Below, one piece after another: positions 1 through 11,058 of a stretch of 64,000 nucleotides of DNA. Positions within the stretch are counted from its first letter, which is position 1, and every line of letters starts with the position of its first letter. A program made the translations under genes and the position numbers. A model generated the notes under the pieces. The model ran no database searches. It saw only the letters and a program-made list of their open reading frames with translations, and was not told the DNA's origin. The DNA is from Lingula anatina (lineage: Eukaryota > Animalia > Brachiopoda). The DNA is taken from assembly GCA_051362555.1 (NCBI GenBank), contig CM120640.1, forward strand, positions 59,002,788 to 59,066,787, in the 5' to 3' direction.

Positions 1-1613
1 TTTAATAATAAAATACACGTATCATGGATTTTCAGAAAATGTGACTAGCATGGGTCTTCAAGCCCGTGGAACATGCCGATTTTCGAACTTGACCTGTGTT
101 ATAGTAAGATCAATTACTCCTGTGATTTTCATGACAACAGGCCTAACGGTTTTCCTTAAAATGTGTTTACAGTGTTGGATATATGCTGAAAAGTGAAAAA
201 ACAGCATAACTTCTACAATAATGGCCCGATCATGCTGATTTTTTAACTTGACCTGCGTTTTATGAATATTCATCAGCTCTGTAAATATACAGCCAAAAAG
301 TAAAACTGCCTTCCACTTATCATGTTTACAATGAAAGTGCACGGTGTCGGCACCGGCGACGACGGCGACGACAGACGCAGGTGATGGCAATATGTACAGA
401 CACATCTGTACATATTTACTGTACTGTTTGAGAACAGTAAGTGACATGGTTTTTCTTAAATGGTCATCATGGGAGCAGTGCCCAAAATGGTTTTTTTTCA
501 AATTTTGATGCAATATTACATAATGTTTAACAGCATAATGACCATCAATTTTTAATAATAAAATATTAGTATCATGGATATTCAGAAAATGTGACTAGCA
601 AAGGTCTTCAGGCCCATGGAACTTCAAAGTTACAACTTGAAAATGCCAGAATGTAAACAAGACAGCACTGTTCTGAAATGTTTTTTTTTTTCCATTTTTA
701 ACACTTTTTTTAACATAAAACAAAATTAACAGGTTACTGCCATTTTTATACGATCAACTAAGAAAATTGATGAGATGGGAAAAATATCAATACAACAGTG
801 TTAAATGTCCAATTTCCTCCATTCTGAGATTCTGAACATAGTGAATGATTGAATCTGACAAACTGCAATGATATGAGTTTATTTCCATTTTGGAAACTTT
901 ATTACACAATACACGATAACAAGTTTACCATCATTTTTACATAATCAACTAACAATGTTGTAAAGATGCAGGAAATGTCAAACAAACACTTTTACGTATC
1001 TTATTAGTTCATTAATGAGACTGTTAACATGCCTAACAGTTGAATCTGAGGAAATTTGAAAAAACAGCATAACTTCTAAAATAATGGCCCGATTATGCTG
1101 ATTTTCGAACTCAACCTGCGTTTTAGTAAGATTGACCACTCTTGTGAGTTAAATGACAATTGGCCTATCTGTTTTTCTTATATTGTGTTTACAGTGTTGT
1201 ATATATGCTGAAAAATGAAAAAACAGCATAACTACTAAAATAGTGGCCCGATCATGCCGATTTTCGAACTTGACCTGCGTTATAGTAAGATTGATTACTC
1301 CTGTGAGTTTCATGACAACAGGCCTAACGGTTTTCCTTAAAATGTGTTTACAGGGTTGCATATATGCTGAAAAGTGAAAAAACAGCATAACTTCTACAAT
1401 AATGGCCCGATCATGCTGGTTTTCGAACTTGACCTGCGTTTTATGAATATTCATCAGCTCTGTAAATATTAAGCCAAAAAGTAAAACTGCCCTCCACTTA
1501 TCGTGTTTACAAGGAAAGTGCACGGCGCCGGCATCGGCATCGGCGACGGCGACGGCGACGACAGACGCAGGTGATGGCAATATGTACAGACACATCTGTG
1601 TCTGTACATAAAA
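1..1613 (-). mobile_element. HINE family 2 copy (non-autonomous Helentron-like element); 3' end lies outside the window
   Basis: 5' head on the - strand at ~1612: palindrome TGTACAGACAC-ATCT-GTGTCTGTACA next to a (CGGCAT/CGGCGA)n microsatellite. Three ~159-bp internal tandem units (cagcataac at 1065, 1224, 1383). A second, truncated head at ~410. Near-identical to 53635-55428. Confidence 0.7.
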
Positions 1614-1634
1614 ATACAATCAACAAGAATTTTC

Positions 1635-3326
1635 AAACAAGGCAGCAAAGCTGTCAAATGTACAGACAAAAAGCAGGAAATAACTATGCATAAAATAGGC
1701 TACTGTCAATTCTGATGCAAAAGTACATTATGTTAAACTGCAAATTCAACATCAAATTTTAATTATGCTCAACAGGTAATACCAATGTAAGTAAAACGTG
1801 TAACAAGCATAAGGCTTCAGGCCCATGGGAGTTCAAGTTCACACTTTGAAAATGTATAACTTAAAGAAAAAGAAGCCAATTAGACTACTTTTCCAACCCA
1901 GGCTGCATTTTAGTCCTGTGTTTCTTTTTTTGAACATTTGGCAATCATAAGTAACATGGTTTTCCAATAATGGTCATCATGGCAGCAGCACCCATAATTG
2001 TTTTCTTCTATTCTGATGCAATATTACATATTGGTTAACAGCATAATGACCGTCAATTTTTAATAATAAAATATACGTATCATGGATTTTCAGAAAATGT
2101 GACTAGCATGGGTCTTCAAGCATGTAGAACTTCAAAGTCACACCTTGAAAATGCCAATATGTGAAATATGCTGAAAAGTGAAAAAAAAGCATAACTTCTA
2201 CAATAATGGCCCGATCATGCTAATTTTCGAACTTGACCTGCGTTTTATTAATATTCATCAGCTCTGTAAATATAAAGCCCAAAAGTAAAACTGCCTTCCA
2301 CTTATCATGTTTACAATGAAAGTGCAAGGCGCTGGTGACGGCGGTGAAGGCGCTGACGGCGAAGACAGACGCAGGTGATGGCAATATGTACAGACACATT
2401 TTTGACACATCTGTACATATTTACTGTACTGTTTGAGAACAGTAAGTGACATGGTTTTTCTTAAATGGTCATCATGGGAGCAGTGCCCAAAGTAGGTTTT
2501 TTTCAAATTTTGATGCAATATTACATAATGTTTAACAGCATAATGACCATCAATTTTTAATAATAAAATATTAGTATCATGGATATTCAGAAAATGTGAC
2601 TAGCAAAGGTCTTCAGGCCCATGGAACTTCAAAGTCACAACTTGAAAATGCCAAAATGTAAATAAGACAGCACTGTTCTGAAATGTTTTTTTTCCCATTT
2701 TTAACAATTTTTAACATAAAACAAAATTAACAGTTTACTGCCATTTTTATATGATCAACTAAGAAAATTGATGAGATGGGAAAAATATCAATAAAGCAGT
2801 GTTAAATGTCCAATTTCTTCCATTCTGAGATTCTGAACATAGTGAATGATTGAATCTGACAAACTGCAATGATATGAGTTTATTTCCATTTTTGAAACTT
2901 CATTACACAATACACGATAACAAGTTTACCATCATTTTTACAAAATCAACTAACAATGTTGTAAAGATGCAGGAAATGTCAAACAAAAACTTTTACGTAT
3001 CTTATTAGTTTAATAATGAGACTGTTAACATGCCTAAGAATTGAATCTGAGGAAATGTGAAAAATATGCTGAAAAGTGAAAAAACAGCATAACTTCTACA
3101 ATAATGGCCCGATCATGCTGATTTTCGAACTTGACCTGCGTTTTATGAATATTCACCAGCTCTGTAAATATAATGCCAAAAAGTAAAACTGCCCTCCACT
3201 TATCGTGTTTACAAGAAAAGTGCACGGCATCGGCATCGGCATCGGCATCGGCATCGCCATCGGCATCGGCGACGACAGACGCAGGCGATGGCAATATGTA
3301 CAGACACATCTGTGTCTGTACATAAA
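1635..3326 (-). mobile_element. HINE family 2 copy nested in the family 1 element F
   Basis: 3' end aaacaaggcagcaaagctgtcaaatgtacagac at 1635 (short hairpin plus a subterminal inverted copy of the head motif). 5' palindrome at ~3297-3322. Both flanks match contiguous family 1 sequence. Confidence 0.75.
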
Positions 3327-5167
3327 TATGCAAAAAATATATATGACTAAAAATGGTACAATCAAAGTTAAGTTCATCGTAAGGTAGGTCAAAGGTCAAT
3401 TTCAAGGTCACATTTAGATTGCCAATATATGACTTCCTATTCAACTTCAATAGTAACTATGGACCTATCTCTGCCAGTTTTGGAGATAAAAGGGAACCAA
3501 AATTTGCAAAGTTCAGTTCATGGTGAAAAGTAGGTCAAAGGTCAATTTTAAGGTCACATTTAGATTGCCAGTATATGACTTCCTATTCAACTTCAATAGT
3601 AACTATGGACCTATCTCTGCCTGTTTTGGAGATAAAAGGGAAGCAAAATTTGCAAAGTTCAGTTCATGGTGAAAAGTAGGTCAAAGGTCAATTTCAAGGT
3701 CACATTTAGATTGCCAGTATATGACTTCCTATTCAACTTCAATAGTAACTATGGACCTATCTCTGCCAGTTTTGGAGATTAGAGGGAACCAAAATTTGCA
3801 AAGTTCAGTTCATGGTGAAAAGTAGGTCAAAGGTCAATTTTAAGGTCACATTTAGATTGCCAGTATATGACTTCCTATTCAACTTCAATAGTAACTATGG
3901 ACCTATCTCTGCCAGTTTTGGAGATAAAAGGGAACCAAAATTTGCAAAGTTCAGTTCATGGTGAAAAGTAGGTCAAAGGTCAATTTTAAGGTCACATCTA
4001 GATTGCCAGTATATGACTTCCTATTCAACTTCAATAGTAACTATGGACCTATCTCTGCCAGTTTTGGAGATAAAAGGGAACCAAAATTTGCAAAGTTCAG
4101 TTCATGGTGAAAAGTAGGTCAAAGGTCAATTTTAAGGTCACATTTAGATTGCCAGTATATGACTTCCTATTCAACTTCAATAGTAACTATGGACCTATCT
4201 CTGCCAGTTTTGGAGAAATAAGGGACTAAATGTTATAATTTTGGAGTTACCATAATGTGCCATAAATTTCCTACAGAAAAAATTAATTAAAATAAAGAAA
4301 AGGTCATTTTGGTCAAAATCCTTGAAATGGGAGGTGCTCTGAAGTTCCACATGTTCAAATTTGATGAAATAATGTCATTTTTGACCACAAGTTGTCTGCT
4401 TTGCCAAGCCTTATGTTTTATTTTTCCGGAGTTCAAAATTTATTATCCATTACCGTACTGCACATTTTGCTTTCATCACCAATATGTACTTTTTGATACA
4501 GCATAACTCGAAAACCGTATGGAATACAAAAAAACCGAGACCACCTTCAGTGTTGGGCTTTACATGCTCTACAAAATGCAAAAAAGAATGGGTCTCTAGC
4601 ATTAACGGTTCCCGAATTAGAGACAGTTTTCAGTTTCGGTATCTTATGGCCGCTTCTGCCGTGAAAATGCACCGATTGACCCCAAATTCACGGAGATGAA
4701 AGATGACCTGAAGGGTAACACTTTCCAATAATATTATTGGTTAAGTCTGTGTGGTGTCTGAATAACAGGGCAAATAATTTTTTTTTCATAAAAAAATTCA
4801 TTTTTTTGAAAATTTTGGCCCGTTTGACCTTGAAATAAAGGTCAAAGGTCAAATCCAAGGGCATATTTGAAATCTACACATATGACTTTTGGAAAGCCTT
4901 CTGTAGACATTTTTCCCATAATTCCTTCTGTAGGGTAGATAATTAGCATTTAATTTTGCCATTTTTAGACAAGGGTGCATTACAATGAGTGCCACACCTA
5001 GACCCCAAAACCGACAAAGTCCAAATTTTACGTGGAACGAGTTGAGATTATAGGTGACCTAAATCCAAGAGATGGGTAAGGGGGCCCTTACCGTCTAGGA
5101 GGAGAAGCGGTAACGGTAGCCGTCCGGCGGAGCCGGCGGAACGATCCGCTAACGCTGGTGGTACAAT
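3327..5167 (-). mobile_element. HINE family 1 copy F (Helitron/Helentron-like non-autonomous element), 3' part interrupted
   Basis: Reverse complement of the element at 25318-27333. The 5' end reads attgtaccaccagc on the - strand from 5167. Contains the conserved core and six 146-bp tandem units. Confidence 0.8.
3385..4220. repeat. 146-bp tandem repeat array (about 6 units) inside element F
   Basis: taggtcaaaggtcaattt recurs at 3385, 3531, 3677, 3823, 3969 and 4115, an exact 146-bp period. Units are nearly identical. Confidence 0.95.
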
Positions 5168-5757
5168 TACTTGCCACAGGCTTAGCATTTCATTATACAA
5201 ACAATTGGGCCAGCTTACGTCCATGTCTCAGGCTGTATATTCAGGCCCCCTACAAGTTCTTTTAACACAACAGAAATACCTTCTTGACAATCTCTGGCTC
5301 ATACAAAACGGATAGATGAGCAGGTCAACGGTTTGTGTGCTGAAATAATGTAATTGGGGCAAGTAATTTGAAGTTGAGATGGGTAATTCGTGTCTGGAGT
5401 CGTTAAAGGGATAATAACTCTTCGTTTTGGCCAGAAAATGAATTTTCCTAGAGTAAACAACAATTTTCCCATACTTACCAATGGTTAATGAATTCATTTT
5501 TACATTCTAAGTTAGTCCCTGTTTATTTTCTAAAAAGTTTGGGTTTTTTGTAAAATCTCTTAAGAGATTTTAACAGAGTATAGCCATCAATGGAGGTCAC
5601 ATGGTCTAAAGACAAGCTCAGATAAGAGAATAATAGTTATAACTGCCTTTTTGTGGTAAAACGGAATATATTATATTTAAATGAGTTATTCACAATGTGA
5701 TTATTGTGAAATATAGATCTCACATGAAGAGTTATTATCCCTTTATTTGGACTCACT

Positions 5758-5931
5758 GGGGCCGTAGCGATAGTCCGAAGGTTCAATAGTCCGAAGGTTC
5801 ATTGGTCCGAATGTTCACTATAGAACCTTCGGACCAATGAACCCTTGATTAAAAAATCGATAAAAATGTTACCACTTTTCGGACCATTGAACCTTCGGAC
5901 CAATGAACCTTCGGACTATCGAGACGCCCCC
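5758..5931. mobile_element. MITE with terminal inverted repeats and 8-bp target-site duplication (Merlin- or hAT-like)
   Basis: TSD GACTCACT at 5750-5757 and 5932-5939. Termini GGGGG...CCCCC. Inverted subterminal arrays of a 16-bp unit (tagtccgaaggttcaa / ttgaaccttcggacca). Confidence 0.85.
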
Positions 5932-6289
5932 GACTCACTAATCTGAGGTTCGAGTTAGAAAACGCCTAATACGTTTATAAGCCTGTACTTAAACTTAATG
6001 CATGCCATAGTAGGGTAAAGCCTTATATAAATAACACTGGAGAAAACTGAGGTAAGACCTAATAAACCATAAATGATAATCTGTTGTCTGACACTGCGAG
6101 ACATGCAGTGACAGTGACAAGGTTAAGTACATTTTCAAATCGACCTACCGAATGCTGTTGCATTGCTTACGGTAACCTGTTCTACATTCTGTCAGTCCCA
6201 CACACAATGATATACTTGCAATAAAAATAGTCGTGGATCTACATATTTAAAACATGAAATCCTGAATACCTTAAAATCGTGCGCCCTTC

Positions 6290-6440
6290 TTTCATATTTT
6301 TCCATCCAGCAGTTTCATCTGCGCATGTGTAACAAGACGGAACGAGGTAGTTAGTTCAAAGGTCAGGTCAAACATGCCGGTGAGTGGGACGGTGTAAAGT
6401 GACAGAGAGTTCGCTTCCCATTCATTTGTACAGGTGAGCC
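6290..6440. promoter_or_regulatory. Probable promoter / first-exon region of the nucleoside hydrolase gene (possibly bidirectional)
   Basis: Locally CpG-rich, with an NRF1-like TGCGCATG at ~6320. Strong + strand donors at 6380 (CCG|gtgagt) and ~6434 (CAG|gtgagc). Confidence 0.4.
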
Positions 6441-6557
6441 TCGCCCTAGATTTTGACCCACTTCGGTGAGACTAACCCTAACCATTATAACTATATGGAG
6501 GACGTCATTTCAGGACATTGATTTTATGGGAATTAAGGAGAAGTAGAATCTTTATTG

Positions 6558-6938
6558 AACTCGGAGAGCGCAGACCTCCGCCAAGGCAGCAAAGTCTCCA
6601 TCCAATGCCGTTTCACCCCTAAATTTTTGACATTTTTGATTATTGATCCGGATCACCACAAAAAACTAATCATCTGTTCCTTGGCCAACTTCTGACAGTT
6701 ACTGAAAAATGCATCAAAATCGGTCCATAACTTAGTTTTTTTTTATTATTGATTATTGATTGATTATTTATCCGGATCACCACCAAAAACTAATCATCTG
6801 TTCCTTGGCCCACTTCTGACAGTTCCTGAAAATTTCATCAGAATCAGTCCATAACTTTTTGAGTTATGTTGATAACAGACGGACAAACAAATATAGACAA
6901 ACAGGGGTGAAAAAATAACCTCCTTGGCAGAGGTAAAA
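6558..6938 (-). mobile_element. Short DINE-1/HINE-like element (family 3)
   Basis: The - strand head ttacctctgccaaggaggttat is followed by a tgtc/tgtt microsatellite. Two ~120-bp internal tandem units (atccggatcaccac...tgttccttggcc). The subterminal inverted motif acctccgccaagg lies at ~6575. Confidence 0.65.
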
Positions 6939-7861
6939 AAAACCTTCACACATAATTATAGGTACAGTACAATCATATTTAATAGGGTGCCCAGATCTGT
7001 AGATGGAATAGGAAGTATCAGAGACTTAAACAGTTATGGCGATTTGTGCAGGGCCATTGAGAAGGTGGTTTCTAATTTTGAAAAAAAAAAAAGCTTTTTG
7101 CACCTTTACCTTAAGGGCTTCTATCCCTTTACAGTACGTTACTTCCAGAGGAAGTGAAGACAAACTTAATAGCACTACGGTAGCACGAAAATTCATGTGT
7201 TAACACCCCTATTGATTATTGTGATATGTACTGGCTGTGCTAACAGCTAACAGCCAGAACATATCAGAATCGTCAATAGAAATGCTAACGCATGGATTTT
7301 TGTGCTAGCACTATGGGTGCACTGAACACTGAATTCAACTGTAAGATATGGCCAACCAGAGACTCTTAATGGTAAAGGTTATGCTCTTTCTTTTTTTAAT
7401 GTTATTATAGTTATTCTGCAGTTTTAAAGCCCCTTTCCAGAAACTGTCCAATCGGTCATGACTGGCAAAATTTGTGTGGACCAGTAAAAACCTGGACTTA
7501 GTCGGTCTAAATGACCGACAAGAGTTTTAAGAGCCACCATTTTGATTTTACAGTCATTATTTGACATACTTAACTAAAAAAAAAAATTGTATGAAGCCCA
7601 AAGCGTTTTTTCCCTTCCATTTCAAACCGATCACATTCACAAACAAAGTAAGCTACTTAATCGTAGTATCCGTCTCAAAAAAGCAGGGCGATTTTCGGTC
7701 TGGAAAAAATCCATTTGGTCCGGCAAATTTTTCATTACATTTCATTACATGTCCGACCATTCTGAAAAGTTTTCAGCATGTCTGCCTTTCCTAATATAAC
7801 TCAACTCCTTTTTTTATAATTTCTTTTTTTAATTGACCAAAGCAGATTCCAGCAAAGTAAG

Positions 7862-10800
7862 ATGGCCAAGAGGAAGCTCATCATTGATGTGGACACTGGT
7901 GTGGATGATGCTCAGGCCATTATGATGGCATTGGCTTGCCCTGACGTTGATGTGCTGGCCATCACTTGTGTGAATGGAAATACGATGTTGGACCAAGTAT
8001 ACATTAATACACTGAGGGTACTCAAGACATGTGATAGGATGGATGTAGGTACCACTTTGTAAATTGTGCCAATGTATGGTATCAAGAATGTATCACCATC
8101 TTTGTAATACATTAATTCCTGATAGTATCTATATCAGTTGTCTAAATAGAAAGGCTTTTTCCTTGGTTAATAGGTGAAATCATCTAGCCTATGTCCGACC
8201 TTAATTGCTATTTGCATGGCTTGTTCTCGGTGAGGGGAATATAAATTAATACATTACTCACTGTGGAGCAGATGTAAACATATAGACTGGGATAAGGTGT
8301 GTGTGTGTGTGTGTGTTTAATATATAGGAAGAAATAGTTTGAATGTATCAATTAATGTTTATTAATTTTTTCATTGTGCTGAATATATTCCAGATCCCAG
8401 TTTACAAAGGGACATACAAGTCCTTGATTGGGCATGACTTGTCGAGTGAAGGTCAGCGTTACCATGGTAGTGATGGGTTGGGGGATTGTCCAGAAGCAGA
8501 ACCCCCTTATCCTAACCTGATTCAAACAGAACATGCTTCCATAGCCCTTTTAAAACTTGTCAATAAGTACCCAGGTAAAATTTTTACAAGGTTTCATTTC
8601 ATGTCTTTAAATGAATTTCTCCACCATTCTCATATTTTTAATCATTTTAATTGACCAGCACAAGGATTGTTCCTAGGGAAAATTAAGTGTATGTTACATT
8701 TTGTATTGATTCTTGAACCCACATTCCACCTGCATGTGGCAGTCTTTGGGGGAGAGGAGGGGGTTGGATGTGGATGGGGGTTTGGGGATCCTCCCCCAAG
8801 GAAATTTTGAATAATTATTGAGCAAAATATATTGTAATTTAGTGTCATTTAAGCTAAAAGTTAATCCTTCAAAAATGGAAGATACAGTACTTGTAAACCA
8901 GCAAGTCTTCTTTGTGTCCAAAATGGTGACAAAGTTATCTGTCTTATCTCAAAAAAAATTTTTTTAAATCAAGATGACATGTTACTTACGGCCAATCTTA
9001 GAAACATTTAAACCAAACACTCATAATCCAAAAAAAAAAAGGTTGGGCAAACATCTTTTTTTAAACAAGCAGCACCTCAGCTTCCATTTTGTTGTTCTTG
9101 TGACCATGTAGAGTGCAAGGTTGATAAACTTGTTTTTAGAATTTACACAAAACAAATCCTCATTGTTTGATTTAACCAAGAATTCAAAGTAAGATCAGAT
9201 GGTTAATCAGCTAGAATTTAAGTTATATGTGTGCATAATTCCATTTTTTATCAATACTTTATGCAGTAGTGGTCATTGCTGTTTTTTTATTATTTTTTTT
9301 TTTTTTGGAATTAGTGACACATTACTTTTTGAATAATGGAAAAATGTTAAGAATAGAAATATGAATCTTCTTGCATCTCTGAACTATTGATATTTGTCAA
9401 AGTAATTCTTGTTATTAGTACCACCAGCGTGTACGCTGGCGGTACTCATGGTTTTAGTCCCGACCCGTCTCGTACGGCTCCTGAGGCTCCGCCGGCTCCT
9501 GCGGCTCCGCCGGCTCCGCGTACTGGCGCCGGATACAAGTCACCGTTACCGCTTCTCTTCCTAGACTGCAAGGACTCATGTCCCCATCTCTTGGATTTAG
9601 GTCACATATAATCTCAACTTGAACCCCCTGTTCTTTTTGTCTCAGTCAGTGCATTGGCATGGGCATGACGCTCGTTGAAACACACCCTTGTCAAAATTTT
9701 TGAAAATTCAATGCCAAATATCTCCCAAATCAAAGGAATTATGGGAAAAATTACTACAGAAGTCTGACCGAAAGTCATATATGAAGATTCCAGATATGCC
9801 CTTGGATTTGACTTTTGACCTTTATTTCAAGGTCAAACGGGCCAAAATTTTCTAATAATCTTAATTTTTTGCAAAATTTTTTTTTATTTCTGCTGATTTT
9901 CAGAAACTACACAGATCTAACCTATAATATTATGGGTAGTTGTTACCCTTTGGGTCATCTTTCATCTTTTTGAGATTGGGGTCAATCGGTGCATTTTCAT
10001 GAGAGTAGCAGCCATTAGATGCCGAAACTGAAAACTTTCTCTAATTCTGGAACCGTTAATGCTAGAGACCTCTTGTTTTTTGCATTTTGTAGAGCTTATC
10101 AAGAGCAACACAGAAGCTGGTGTCCATTTTTCCTTTTTTGATTCGGCTTAGCCGTTGCATTATATCAAAAAGTTCAGTATCCGATATTCAGTGGTGAAAA
10201 TAAAATGTGAAATACTCCAAAATTAGCTGAGATACGCCCATAGTTACTATTGAACTTGAATAGGAAGTCGTATACTGGTAATCTGACTGTGACCTTGAAA
10301 TTGACCTTTGACCTACTTTTCACCATGAACTGCACTTTGCAAATTTCCTGATCTTTATATCTCCAAAACTGTCAAAGATTCGGCCATAGATACTATTGAA
10401 CTTGAATAGGAAGTCATATACTGGCAATTTACTGTGATCCTGAAATTGACCTTTGACCTAATTTTCACCATGAGCTAAACTTTGCAAATTTTCCAGACCT
10501 TATATCTCTAAAACTATCATAGATAAGGCCATAGTATCTGTTGAACTTGAGTAGGAAGTCATATACTGGCAATCTTACTGTGACCTTGAAATTGACCTTT
10601 GACCTACTTTTCACCATGAATTGAACCTTGCAAATTTTGTCACCCTTATATCTCAGAAAACTGACAGAGGTAGGCTCATAGTTGCTATTGAACTTAAATA
10701 GGAAAGCATATACTGGCAATCTTACTGTGACCTTGAAATTGACCTTTGACTTACTTTTTTTGATGAACTGTATTTTGCATGTTTTCTGGCCTTTATATCT

Positions 10801-11013
10801 CCAAAATTGGCAAAGAAATGCCCATAGTTACTATTGAACTTGAATAGGAAGTCTTATACTGTGACCTTGAAATTGACTTTTGACCTTCTTTTTCACCATG
10901 AACTAAACATTGCATATTTTCTTGCCCCTCATATCTTCAAAACTAGCAGATATATGCCCAGTGTTGCCCCTTGGTTTTCTTTTTTATCAGCAAATATGCA
11001 ACACTGGTAATAC

Positions 11014-11058
<45 letters not shown>

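Noticed and set aside
58-3450. Recurrent minus-strand ORFs (MCLYILPSPASVV...KTQVKFENQHDRA) also seen at 55023-55442 and 57979-59419, resembling a multigene family
   Set aside because: They are translations of the family 2 repeat; copies differ by frameshifts and stops and no protein motif is evident.
3385-4220. Regular repeat array as a possible CRISPR
   Set aside because: Whole 146-bp units repeat with no unique spacers, there are no cas genes, and the context is eukaryotic.
5219-5340. Minus-strand frame HKPLTCSSIRFV*ARDCQEG... with an in-frame TGA as a possible selenoprotein exon
   Set aside because: No UxxC/CxxU motif, no recognisable family, phase does not match the upstream candidate exon, and no SECIS can be assessed.
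7430-7790. Possible hAT-like MITE remnant (atgaccgac / atgtccgacc motifs)
   Set aside because: Could not define matching termini or a TSD.
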